A DNA stretch of 64,000 bases from an uncultured Fidelibacterota bacterium (GTDB taxonomy: Bacteria; Fidelibacterota; Marinisomatia; Marinisomatales; Marinisomataceae): positions 9,066 through 73,065 of the forward strand of contig CACKGC010000003.1 of NCBI GenBank assembly GCA_902599655.1, in the 5' to 3' direction. This document shows positions 1 to 9,333 of this stretch, in pieces (the stretch's first letter is position 1; every line of letters begins with the position of its first letter). The position numbers and the translations under genes were made by a program. The notes under the pieces were generated by a model. It was not told the DNA's origin and searched no databases. It was given only the letters and a program-made list of their open reading frames with translations.

Positions 1-1
1 A

Positions 2-472
2 GGAAGGGTTCAAACCATTAGGCCTCCTGATAATATTTTAAGTACACATTTTAATACTCTAAGTAAGCTTAATTGTATTCAAGCAAGCATTGAAGCCAAT
101 AAACTTAATTATGATGAAGGTATTATGAATGATCCTAATGGAAATGTTAGTACTTGCAACTCTACAAATTTATTCTTTATCAAAGATAAGCAGGTTTGGA
201 CTTCAACTGGTGAATTTTGTCTTAACGGTATTACAAGAAGTAAAGCAATTTTAATATGCTACAAAAATGGGATTGTTTGTAATCAAACTAATTTTACTTT
301 TGAAGATGTTAAAAATTGTGAAGAAGCTTTTGTGACTGGTACTTTCGCTGGTATTATCCCAGTTTCAAAAATTGAAGGTAGAAATCTGCAATCTACAAAT
401 CCAGATTCTATGGTAAATAAAATTAGACTTTTGTACAACGAACATGTACAATATAGCATTAGCTCAAAATGA
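2..472 (+). CDS. Fold-type IV PLP aminotransferase family (branched-chain/D-amino-acid aminotransferase or aminodeoxychorismate lyase), 3' part only; 5' end outside the window
   Basis: Frame is open from the window edge to the stop at 470-472. Translated ...CLNGITRSKAI...EEAFVTGTFAGIIPVSKIEGR... fits the conserved C-terminal half of class IV aminotransferases. The subfamily cannot be decided from a fragment. Confidence 0.6.
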   Translation, partial: GRVQTIRPPDNILSTHFNTLSKLNCIQASIEANKLNYDEGIMNDPNGNVSTCNSTNLFFIKDKQVWTSTGEFCLNGITRSKAILICYKNGIVCNQTNFTFEDVKNCEEAFVTGTFAGIIPVSKIEGRNLQSTNPDSMVNKIRLLYNEHVQYSISSK

Positions 473-1179
473 TTATAGCTTGTTGGTCCGGTCCAAGAAA
501 TATTTCAACCGCTCTGATGAGATCATGGTCATCGAGAAAAGATACTTTTGTAACAGATGAACCATTTTATGCTCATTACTTAAAGAAAACTCAAAAAAAT
601 CACCCGATGAAGGAACAAATCATTAATCATTATTCATCGAATTATAAAGAAGTTGTTCATTATCTTACACATAAAGTGCCTAATCAAAAAAGTATTTGGT
701 ATCAAAAACATATGGCACATCATTTAATTGATTTAAGCGAGATTAAATGGATCAAAAAATGTCAAAATTGCATTTTATTACGACATCCAAAAGAAGTCAT
801 TAGTTCTTATATAGTTAAAAATAATTTGCAAAAAGTTGAAGAATTAGGCTATCCACAACAATATGAAATTGCTAAGTTTTTAAAAAAATCAAATAAAAGA
901 TTTACAGTTATAGACTCTGAAGATCTACTTAAAAATCCTTCAAAAGTGTTATCTGATTGGTGCAAAAGTATAAATATTGATTTTGATAAATCAATGCTTC
1001 AATGGAAAAAAGGCCCTCATCAAAATGACGGCATTTGGTGGAAACATTGGTACGATAATGTTATTAATACTACTGGATTTCAAAAATATTATAAAAAGGA
1101 TATAAATATTGAGAATCAATATGATTCTATTTATAATGAATCAATGGAGTATTACAACTATTTAAAAGGTATCTCATGA
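469..1179 (+). CDS. Sulfotransferase-like P-loop protein (tentative)
   Basis: 236-aa ORF with an ATGA start/stop overlap with the upstream gene. N-terminal WSGPRNISTAL resembles the RSGST-type PAPS-binding loop of Stf0-like sulfotransferases. Assignment is by motif memory only. Confidence 0.4.
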   Translation: MIIACWSGPRNISTALMRSWSSRKDTFVTDEPFYAHYLKKTQKNHPMKEQIINHYSSNYKEVVHYLTHKVPNQKSIWYQKHMAHHLIDLSEIKWIKKCQNCILLRHPKEVISSYIVKNNLQKVEELGYPQQYEIAKFLKKSNKRFTVIDSEDLLKNPSKVLSDWCKSINIDFDKSMLQWKKGPHQNDGIWWKHWYDNVINTTGFQKYYKKDINIENQYDSIYNESMEYYNYLKGIS

Positions 1180-1376
1180 ATTCATTATTTAAATTGTGGT
1201 CACAGCCTGCATGGATTAAATGGCTTATTTACTTTGTTATAGTCTATGTTTTATTTTTAATCAAGGAAGCTTTTGCTATAGTGTTATGGTTTCTTTTTTG
1301 TGTTATTTTATACTACGTCATTTTTGCTAACAACGTATTAAAAACAAGGACCTATTATGAAAAAAATAATTTTTAG
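1176..1376 (+). CDS. Small membrane protein (two hydrophobic segments), unknown function
   Basis: 66-aa ORF with an ATGA overlap with the upstream gene and a 20-nt overlap with the downstream gene. It contains two long hydrophobic stretches (WIKWLIYFVIVYVLFLI, IVLWFLFCVILYYVIF). Confidence 0.4.
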   Translation: MNSLFKLWSQPAWIKWLIYFVIVYVLFLIKEAFAIVLWFLFCVILYYVIFANNVLKTRTYYEKNNF

Positions 1377-3012
1377 TTTTTTAATATGTACTTTATTGTC
1401 TTGCCAAGAAGAAAATAGACCTCACGGAAATCAATATAAGTTACCAGAATTAACTCCAAATAACTTATTAATAGGTAATTTGAATGAAAATCGTTCATCG
1501 TACAGAGTTTCGTATTATGATATAAATATTGATTTTAATATTGAAAAAAAATCCTTAGACGGCTTTGTAAGAGTAAAAGCAGAAAGTAAAAGAGATTTAA
1601 ATCAATTACAGATTGATTTAGCTGAAAATTTAGATATCAAAAAAATAACTTACAAAAATCAGGAATTGTCTTTTACGCGGGAATTCGATGCAGTATTGAT
1701 TAATTTTTCGTCAACTATTAAAAAAAATACTATGTTTGATTTTACTGTTTTTTACCAAGGTGTTCCTCAAAGCGCAGATAATCCACCTTGGGCTGGAGGT
1801 TTTACATGGTCCAAAGATAAAGATGGTCGAGATTGGATTGCTGTTTCTTGTGAAGGCGAAGGTGCTAGAATCTGGTGGCCAAACAAAGACCATATCACAG
1901 CGGAAGGAGATAGTGTAAGAATGGTTTATACTGTCCCGTCAAATATGGTTGCTGTAGGTAATGGTAAATTAAGAAGTGTAAACACTGAAAATGGTAAATC
2001 AAGATATGAGTGGTTTGTTAGCAACCCAATTAATAATTACAATATTTCAGTTCAAATTGGAAACTATGTTGCAGTTCAAGATACTATTATGAAAGATAAT
2101 ACAATTCATTATATGAATCATTACGTATTGGATTATAATAGAGAGCTTGCTTCAAATTATTTCACTCAATCAAAAGAGGTTATAAGGTTTTATGAAAAGT
2201 ATTTTGGCGATTATCAATGGTATGAAGATGGCTACAAACTAATTGAAGTACCTTATTTAGGTATGGAACATCAATCTGCAGTGACTTATGGTAATGGATT
2301 TAGCATTTATAATGGAGTACGAAGCAAAAGCTGGCCAATGTATGGTGTGATAGATCCTCTTATTATACACGAGACAGGTCATGAGTGGTTTGGAAATAGT
2401 GTTACTGCATCTGATCCAACGCATATTTGGATTCATGAGGGATTGCAAGTTTATTCAGAAGCAATATACTTTGAAGACAAATTCGATAGTTATGAGGTTG
2501 GAGTTCATTACCTAAACACTTTAAAAAACAGGATTGTAAATGATATTCCTATTGTTGGTAATGAAAATGAAAACCATTGGGCTTTACATGGTGATACTTA
2601 CATGAAAGGCGCTTGGGTAATGCACACTTTAAGAAGTGTTATAAATAATGATAAAATATGGTTTGAAATATTAAAAGAATTCATGATAGAAAATGCAAAA
2701 GGATTTGCAAACACAAGAGATTTTTTTAATAAGGTGAACGAAAAAACAGGAAAGGATTATTGGTATTTTGCCGAACAATATTTTTATTCACCTAATCAAC
2801 CAGAGCTAGAATATTATCAAACAAAATCACAATTTTTTTACAAGTGGAACAATGTAAATGATAATTTTATTATGCCATTAGATTTACTTATTAATGGAAA
2901 AGAAGTAAGGATTTTACCTAGTAAGAATTATCAATCTTTTGAAATAAAGAAGTATTCACAAATTGAAGTGATGGATTGGAAATTTTATGTAATGCCAAAA
3001 GAGAAAGAATAG
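1357..3012 (+). CDS. M1-family zinc metallopeptidase (aminopeptidase N-like), probable lipoprotein
   Basis: HETGHEWFGN...X18...E (HEXXH-X18-E) plus GMEH (GXMEN-like exopeptidase motif). The N-terminus MKKIIFSFLICTLLSC looks like a lipoprotein signal. Confidence 0.8.
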   Translation: MKKIIFSFLICTLLSCQEENRPHGNQYKLPELTPNNLLIGNLNENRSSYRVSYYDINIDFNIEKKSLDGFVRVKAESKRDLNQLQIDLAENLDIKKITYKNQELSFTREFDAVLINFSSTIKKNTMFDFTVFYQGVPQSADNPPWAGGFTWSKDKDGRDWIAVSCEGEGARIWWPNKDHITAEGDSVRMVYTVPSNMVAVGNGKLRSVNTENGKSRYEWFVSNPINNYNISVQIGNYVAVQDTIMKDNTIHYMNHYVLDYNRELASNYFTQSKEVIRFYEKYFGDYQWYEDGYKLIEVPYLGMEHQSAVTYGNGFSIYNGVRSKSWPMYGVIDPLIIHETGHEWFGNSVTASDPTHIWIHEGLQVYSEAIYFEDKFDSYEVGVHYLNTLKNRIVNDIPIVGNENENHWALHGDTYMKGAWVMHTLRSVINNDKIWFEILKEFMIENAKGFANTRDFFNKVNEKTGKDYWYFAEQYFYSPNQPELEYYQTKSQFFYKWNNVNDNFIMPLDLLINGKEVRILPSKNYQSFEIKKYSQIEVMDWKFYVMPKEKE

Positions 3013-3018
3013 TTTTTT

Positions 3019-4260
3019 ATGATAAAAAAACTAAATGCAATCATACTTTTAATTTATTGTATTCATGCTCAAGAGCATAAATTTGATTTGAGTTTTTTGA
3101 CAACACCAAAAACAGATGTCATTGCTCTAAACTCAAAATTTAAAGGTATGTATGAAAACAATTTTTTGGTTGTACCTGAATATAAATATCAGAAAAACTC
3201 GTTCACTTTTTTTTCAAAAAGCTTAATTGGAAATGAAAGAAGTGAAATTGATAAGCTATACCTTAGCTATAAAACTAATCATTCAGTGTTAACTATTGGA
3301 AAATTTTTTAGAGATATAACTTCAGAAAATTCTGATTTTTCATCAGGTTCATTGATCGAATCTGAAAATTCCTTTAAACCGTTGAGAATAAATATTGCTT
3401 CAGAATTTTCAATAAAAGATAAACTATTATTCCAAGCTGATTTTTCTCATGGTGTTTTAGATGAAAATTCTACCTATTTACGCAATCCTTATATTCATGA
3501 AAAAAGTTTATATTCAAATTTTTTTATAGAAAATTCTAAGTTCACATTTGGAATAGTACATAACACAATTTGGGGAGGTAAAGTAGAAGGTTTTGGTGAT
3601 TTAGGAGGATCTGTTGAAGATTGGCTGGATGTAGTTATTGGCGATCCTGGGAACGAAGACAAACCAGATGGTGAACAGGTCAATTCTCTTGGTGATGCAT
3701 TTGGTATTTTTGATTTTGCGATTGAATTTATTAAAAATGAAAAGAATATTCGGTTGTACCACCAACACTTTTTCGAAGATAATAGTGGTCTTAAGTTTGA
3801 TAATCTGCAAGATGGTCTTTATGGTTTAGAGTTTTCAAATAAATCTATGATTCTACTTATTGAATACTTAAATACTAAAAACCAAAGTGGAAATATCCAC
3901 CCCCCTGGTTTAGATAGCTATTATTGGAACATGATTTATACAGAAGGATGGACTTACAATCAAAGAGTAATAGGAAATCCATATATTCATCCAAATCGAA
4001 ATAGGGTTGTTCTTAATTATTATTTTTTCCAGAAAAAATTTGAAAATATCTTTTTAGATCTTTCATACATAAATCATAAGATTTTTAAATCATATAATGG
4101 AACTAATAATGATGAGCCTTTTGATTTATCAAATGATTTTCAAAAAGAAAATCAACATTTTCTTATTGGATTCAAAACCAGTTTTAAAAATATTGATTTC
4201 AGAATATTAACAGATGTTGAAAGTCAAGACACTATGATATCTTTAAACACTTTCTTTTAA
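3019..4260 (+). CDS. Outer-membrane beta-barrel protein, capsule-assembly Wzi-like (tentative)
   Basis: Signal peptide, alternating beta-strand-like sequence, C-terminal ...SLNTFF aromatic terminus typical of OMPs. The segment YYWNMIYTEGWTYNQRVIGNPY resembles the Wzi family core. It lies next to polysaccharide export and sugar genes. Confidence 0.45.
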   Translation: MIKKLNAIILLIYCIHAQEHKFDLSFLTTPKTDVIALNSKFKGMYENNFLVVPEYKYQKNSFTFFSKSLIGNERSEIDKLYLSYKTNHSVLTIGKFFRDITSENSDFSSGSLIESENSFKPLRINIASEFSIKDKLLFQADFSHGVLDENSTYLRNPYIHEKSLYSNFFIENSKFTFGIVHNTIWGGKVEGFGDLGGSVEDWLDVVIGDPGNEDKPDGEQVNSLGDAFGIFDFAIEFIKNEKNIRLYHQHFFEDNSGLKFDNLQDGLYGLEFSNKSMILLIEYLNTKNQSGNIHPPGLDSYYWNMIYTEGWTYNQRVIGNPYIHPNRNRVVLNYYFFQKKFENIFLDLSYINHKIFKSYNGTNNDEPFDLSNDFQKENQHFLIGFKTSFKNIDFRILTDVESQDTMISLNTFF

Positions 4261-5184
4261 TTCGGAAATACTTACTACCGAGGTTCCTTCTTTAGCTACT
4301 ACTAAACCTGCAGCTATATTTGCAATATTTGCACTAGAATAAATATCTAAACCAACGGATAATCCAAGAGCTAAGGCAGCAATCACAGTATCTCCTGCTC
4401 CAGATACATCAGGGTTATTAACTAATTTACCACTAATATGATGATCTTCAGTTTTACTTATTATAGAAATACCATCTTCACTTTTAGTAGCCACAATATG
4501 TTCAAAATCATGTTCATTCACTATTTTTTTACAAATATCAATTAGATGCTTTTGATTTGCAATTGTTATACCGGTAGCATCTTGAATTTCTTTTAAATTA
4601 GGTGTAATTATACTAGCGCCCTTATATGAAGCAAAATTTAGCTTTTTGGGGTCTACAATGATTTTAACGTTATTTGATCTAGCAATGTCAATGATGATTG
4701 GAATTAAATTCTCCGATAAAAAACCTTTATTATAGTCTGATAATATTAGTATATCACAACTAGAAATTTGCTTTTCGATTTGTGAAATATCTTTATCTGT
4801 AAAATTAAATTTATAGTTTTGATCTTCTTTATCAATTCTTGCAATTTGAATATTATTAGAAAAAATTCTCTTTTTTGAAATTGTCTTAAAATTTTTATTT
4901 TTGAATATACCGGTATTTGAAATATTTTCTTTTTCTAATAGATCATTTATGATTTGAGCTTCTTTATCTTCTCCCAACATACCAATAATACTAACATTAC
5001 CTCCTAAATTTTTAATATTATTTGCAACATTTAAAGCTCCACCTAAAATATTTCTAATATCTGAATCTTCTATAACTGGCACTGGTGCTTCAGGAGACTC
5101 TCTAAAAGATTTGCCGTAATAGAAAATGTCTAACATTAAATCTCCTATAACGAGAATTTTGGAATTAGAGAAATCATAACTCAT
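4243..5184 (-). CDS. PfkB-family sugar kinase, D-glycero-beta-D-manno-heptose-7-phosphate kinase-like (RfaE/HldE domain I only)
   Basis: KILVIGDLMLDIFYYG...ESPEAPVPV N-terminal signature of RfaE domain I and a C-terminal DVSGAGDTV PfkB motif. At 313 aa there is no adenylyltransferase domain. Confidence 0.7.
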   Translation of the reverse strand: MSYDFSNSKILVIGDLMLDIFYYGKSFRESPEAPVPVIEDSDIRNILGGALNVANNIKNLGGNVSIIGMLGEDKEAQIINDLLEKENISNTGIFKNKNFKTISKKRIFSNNIQIARIDKEDQNYKFNFTDKDISQIEKQISSCDILILSDYNKGFLSENLIPIIIDIARSNNVKIIVDPKKLNFASYKGASIITPNLKEIQDATGITIANQKHLIDICKKIVNEHDFEHIVATKSEDGISIISKTEDHHISGKLVNNPDVSGAGDTVIAALALGLSVGLDIYSSANIANIAAGLVVAKEGTSVVSISELKESV

Positions 5185-5921
5185 TTTATTTTTCCTTGAT
5201 TTATTATTTTCTTTTCAAGACTCTTTAGAGTTTTGCTGTCCTCTAAAAACTTTTTATTTATTACAGTCAAATTAGCATCAAGTTCATAAACAAGTGGAAT
5301 ACCAGTCGGCAAGTTTACTGATATAATTTCTTCATCATTTAAATTTTCAACAATTTTAATAATTGCTCTCAAAGAGTTGCTATGAGCTACTATTAAGTTG
5401 TTTTGAAATCTATTCATAATTCTATTTTGATATTCACTCCAAAATGGTTTTAACCTTTTGATTACGTCCTTTAAACTTTCTCCTGATGGAAGGTCATCTT
5501 TAATATTATCAAATTTGGAATTAAATCTTGGATGTCTTGGATCATCATTTTTAAGACTAGGAGGAGGAATATCAAAACTTCTTCTCCAGATAAGTACTTG
5601 TTCTTCACCGTATTTTTCAGCAGTCTCAGATTTGTTTAAGCCCTGAAGCGCACCATAGTGTCTTTCATTTAGTCTCCAGTCATATTGAATATGTTCTAAA
5701 TTAAAATTTATATACTTTGCTACAATATTTGAGGTGTGCGTGGCTCTTTTAAGCAAAGAAGTATAAACTGAATCAACTACTATTTTACTTTCAATTATCT
5801 TTTTTCCTGCAGATTTTGCTTCTTGTTTTCCAGAGTCTGTTAATCCTACATCTTTCCAACCTGTAAATCTATTTTCTAAATTCCATTGGCTTTCACCATG
5901 TCGAAGTAAGATTAATTTCAT
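5181..5921 (-). CDS. gpmA: 2,3-bisphosphoglycerate-dependent phosphoglycerate mutase
   Basis: LLRHGESQWNLENRFTGW phosphohistidine motif; length 246 aa; full-length similarity pattern to dPGM. Confidence 0.9.
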   Translation of the reverse strand: MKLILLRHGESQWNLENRFTGWKDVGLTDSGKQEAKSAGKKIIESKIVVDSVYTSLLKRATHTSNIVAKYINFNLEHIQYDWRLNERHYGALQGLNKSETAEKYGEEQVLIWRRSFDIPPPSLKNDDPRHPRFNSKFDNIKDDLPSGESLKDVIKRLKPFWSEYQNRIMNRFQNNLIVAHSNSLRAIIKIVENLNDEEIISVNLPTGIPLVYELDANLTVINKKFLEDSKTLKSLEKKIINQGKIK

Positions 5922-5930
5922 TGGATAAAA

Positions 5931-7877
5931 TTAATCAGAATTATTATCAACTATAACTAATATAGCTGCAATATTTGTTAACACTGATAATATGTCTGCA
6001 GTGAAAGCTGCAACATTAAACTGTGAAGGATTTGGGTCAACAGGAACAAAAATTGCATCTCCAGGGAATACTCTTTTAGCTCTTCCTCTAAAAAGATCAG
6101 CTCTTTCGATTTCACCATTGGCTCTAATCACATAAGCATTTTTTTTCATACTATTGGGCTTATATCCACCAGCTAACTCTATTGCTTTTGACATGCTCAT
6201 TGCAGAAGAGGAATGAGCTATAAACCCAGGGCTGTAGACATTACCGTCCACTCTAACCACATTTGTTTTAGGAAGAATTGTAATAATATTTTTATCTGCT
6301 ATTTCAAATGAAAGATTAATATTACCAACTAAAGCAGTTTCCGTTACAGTGTTACCCTCTGAATCAAAACTTGCAAAATCTTTAGAAACTGAAACGCTGT
6401 TAATAGATCCCATGGGTGAAACACCACCAGCAAGGTTAATTGCATCCTGTAAAGTTGTTCCCTCTTTTAACGGATATGTCCCAGGACTATTTACTTCACC
6501 CTCAATAGTGTATGTAAAACTATTGTCATAGTTTGAATTTTCATAAACAAATACTTTGTCATTAATATTTAACTTAAAATTATCAGAATCAGCATAATCA
6601 ATAACAAATTCTTTACCATAAAATTGGTTTTCATCCTGCCTTAGAACTACAATTTTATCGCTTATAGTTTTTCTAAAAACTGGATCTTCAAAACCGCCAA
6701 CAATGCCAAGTAATTCTTTCAGTGAAAGTGCTTCGAGCTGTTGCTCCTTTGAAGATGAAAACAGATTTTTATACAACGGATATTCCCCAGGAAAACTAAC
6801 TCTTCCGAAAACAGTTACTGAAACAGTATTATTGCTTATGGGTAAAATATTAATTGTGGACCCGTTATTTAAAGATATTTTTGAAGCATTTGACAAACTT
6901 ATAACTTTACCTGTTCTAGCTGCATCATCAGATGTTCTCTTACCCATAGGAATAATTTCATTGATGATAACTGTATTGCTTGAATTTGAGGTTAGGCCTC
7001 CAGCATAATTAATTAAACTATTAATAGTTTCATCTGCTAAGAGTTCATAATATCCTAAATTATTCAATTCTCCTTCTGCTAACACTCTTATCCCAACAGG
7101 TGGTACATTAATAACATCACCATTTAAAAGCTTTTGAGAGGAAAAATTTCCTAAGCCACTGCTGAAAAAAGTATATAAATCTGTAGAAGAAATAATTTCT
7201 CCATTTCTAATTAGCTGAATTTCTCTCAAACTACCATTTAATGTAGGCCCACCTGATTGGATCAATGCAGAAAAAATATCAGAAAAAGGATGTACTAAAT
7301 GAACACCAGGACTTTGCACCTCTCCAGAAAGATATACATTTATAGATTTTAAATTTGATACTTCAATCATTAAGTCAGTAGTAGCTATATCTTCTTTTAA
7401 TGTAGAATAGATGTTTTGTAACCTATCTTTCAGAACTTTTTCAGCTTGAGCAATGGTCATATTTGAAACATTTATAAAACCTAAATTTTCAAAATAAATT
7501 AAACCTTCTTTGTTAATGGTAATTTTTTCTCTGGAATTGACTTCTCCCCATAGGGACAAGATTATTTCATCGCCTGCTCCAAGTCTATAATCAGCAGATG
7601 TTGGAGTATTATCAAAAAAATTAATTTCATTTTCGAAATATTTATAACCAAAATAAAGATCATTGTTTAAAGGTATAACATCTTCTTCCGCTTCAATTGT
7701 AACTTCTTCAAAATCCTCACTCGTTAAATCGCTTGTCTCTTCAATCAATATATTCGTATCAGCTATTTCACTACCTTGGGAAAGTTGATCTCTCAATAAA
7801 TCAAGTTGATCATTACTCAAGGTCGTCTGTGCGAGAAGCATTGAAAACAATAGTATTGGTAGTAGTCTATAGTTCAT
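5931..7877 (-). CDS. Polysaccharide export protein, long Wza-like form with multiple SLBB domains
   Basis: Signal peptide; Poly_export-like YRLGAGDEIILSLWGE. Five G-x-V-x-x-P-G-type SLBB cores (GEVQSPGVH, GELNNLGYY, GRVSFPGEY, GEVNSPGTY, GNVYSPGFI) and a hydrophobic C-terminal helix (AFTADILSVLTNIAAILVIV). Confidence 0.75.
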   Translation of the reverse strand: MNYRLLPILLFSMLLAQTTLSNDQLDLLRDQLSQGSEIADTNILIEETSDLTSEDFEEVTIEAEEDVIPLNNDLYFGYKYFENEINFFDNTPTSADYRLGAGDEIILSLWGEVNSREKITINKEGLIYFENLGFINVSNMTIAQAEKVLKDRLQNIYSTLKEDIATTDLMIEVSNLKSINVYLSGEVQSPGVHLVHPFSDIFSALIQSGGPTLNGSLREIQLIRNGEIISSTDLYTFFSSGLGNFSSQKLLNGDVINVPPVGIRVLAEGELNNLGYYELLADETINSLINYAGGLTSNSSNTVIINEIIPMGKRTSDDAARTGKVISLSNASKISLNNGSTINILPISNNTVSVTVFGRVSFPGEYPLYKNLFSSSKEQQLEALSLKELLGIVGGFEDPVFRKTISDKIVVLRQDENQFYGKEFVIDYADSDNFKLNINDKVFVYENSNYDNSFTYTIEGEVNSPGTYPLKEGTTLQDAINLAGGVSPMGSINSVSVSKDFASFDSEGNTVTETALVGNINLSFEIADKNIITILPKTNVVRVDGNVYSPGFIAHSSSAMSMSKAIELAGGYKPNSMKKNAYVIRANGEIERADLFRGRAKRVFPGDAIFVPVDPNPSQFNVAAFTADILSVLTNIAAILVIVDNNSD

Positions 7878-7907
7878 TAGTTGTTTCCTTCAATTTATTC
7901 TAAAAAT

Positions 7908-8444
7908 TTAAAAAGTAATATCTTTTAAAAAAGGTAAAGTTTTATCTTTTTTTGATAGTTCGTACTCTTCCAAGTTGAGATTAAGTTTAAGATTAATATC
8001 ATGGTCAAAAAAATTAACGCCAAAATCAAATTCAGGATTATAAATTTCATCAAGGGCATAATTGAAAACGACATTATGAGTTAAGGTTACATATCCATGT
8101 GCGAAACCTTTTGGAATAAAGAGCATTTTAAAATTTTTATCACTGAGCAAGAAAGTTTCGCTTTTTAAATAGGTTTCTGATTGTTGTCTTAAATCAACAA
8201 CTATATCTAAAACTTCTCCCCTCGGTACCCAAACCAATTTAGACTGTTCAAATGGTTTTTTTTGAAAATGAAGACCTCTAATGCACTTTTTTTTTGAAAC
8301 TGCCTGATTAATTTGTTGAACCTTGAAATCTAATAATTGTTCTATTTTAAATAGCTCCATAAAATGTCCTCTTGAATCAGAATGAATTTGAGGATCTAGA
8401 ATTAAAACTCCGTCTAATGAGCAACTATTTTTTTTCATAATCAA
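7908..8444 (-). CDS. rfbC: dTDP-4-dehydrorhamnose 3,5-epimerase-like cupin
   Basis: DSRGHFMELF...IRGLHFQ...SKLVWVPRGEVLDIVVDLR...IPKGFAHGY matches the RmlC pattern; 178 aa. Confidence 0.75.
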   Translation of the reverse strand: MIMKKNSCSLDGVLILDPQIHSDSRGHFMELFKIEQLLDFKVQQINQAVSKKKCIRGLHFQKKPFEQSKLVWVPRGEVLDIVVDLRQQSETYLKSETFLLSDKNFKMLFIPKGFAHGYVTLTHNVVFNYALDEIYNPEFDFGVNFFDHDINLKLNLNLEEYELSKKDKTLPFLKDITF

Positions 8445-9333
8445 TTATTTGTTGTTTAATCCAACTGTCTACAGATGTTGTTGGTTCCCAATTTAACAAA
8501 TCTTTTGCTAATTTTATATCTGCAAGTGTCTCTTTAGGTTCTAATACAGGTTCAATATATTCTTTTTTTACATCAAAGAGATCAGCAATTTGATTAATTG
8601 TCCTATTATCTCCATTACCAATATTAAGCACCTCTCCACTACCCACCATGTGTGACTCTGAAGCTAAAATATTTGCGTTTACCACATCTCCTACGTACGT
8701 GAAATCTCTTTTTTGAGTTCCATCTCCTCTAATTGTAAGAGGTTTTCCGCTAAGCATTTGATCAAAAAAAATTCCTATAACTAACGAGTATGCTCCACCA
8801 ATATTTTGACCTTCACCATAAACATTAAAATATCTTAAGGAAACTGTCTCGATATCATACACTTCAGCAAAAGTATTACATAGAATTTCTCCATAATATT
8901 TTTGTGCACCGTAAGGTGAAAGTGGGTTTGGCTTAAAATTTTCTTTAAGTGGCATATTATCATTGTCTCCGTATACGGATGAAGAACTACTATACACAAA
9001 TCTTCGGACATCAGAATCCACACAGGCTTTTAATATATTAACAGTGCTTAATGTATTGTTAAGCTCATAACCAACAGGATCATCTATTGATGGTTGAACT
9101 CTTGCTTTTGCTGCTAAATGAAAAACCGAATCCACTGAGTTTAGTATTCTTGAAACTTGATTCAAATTATTAACATCAGATAAATCGTACTGATGATAAT
9201 TTGCTTTTTTATTGATTTTACCTGCATCACTTAAATTATTATCAATTACCTCAACTTGATAATCTAGCTCAACTAACTTATTAACAAGATTTGAACCTAT
9301 AAACCCTGTTCCACCTGTAACAAGTACTTTCAT
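8425..9333 (-). CDS. NAD-dependent nucleotide-sugar epimerase/dehydratase (extended SDR)
   Basis: Rossmann motif VTGGTGFIGSNL, catalytic YGAQK (YxxxK), 302 aa. Overlaps rmlC-like gene by 20 nt. Confidence 0.8.
   Translation of the reverse strand: MKVLVTGGTGFIGSNLVNKLVELDYQVEVIDNNLSDAGKINKKANYHQYDLSDVNNLNQVSRILNSVDSVFHLAAKARVQPSIDDPVGYELNNTLSTVNILKACVDSDVRRFVYSSSSSVYGDNDNMPLKENFKPNPLSPYGAQKYYGEILCNTFAEVYDIETVSLRYFNVYGEGQNIGGAYSLVIGIFFDQMLSGKPLTIRGDGTQKRDFTYVGDVVNANILASESHMVGSGEVLNIGNGDNRTINQIADLFDVKKEYIEPVLEPKETLADIKLAKDLLNWEPTTSVDSWIKQQIIDYEKK

Noticed and set aside
6703-7008. 101-aa ORF on the plus strand inside the wza-like gene
   Set aside because: It is fully antisense to a well-supported 648-aa gene and has low-complexity Ser/Leu-rich composition, with no start context. 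It is a typical shadow ORF.
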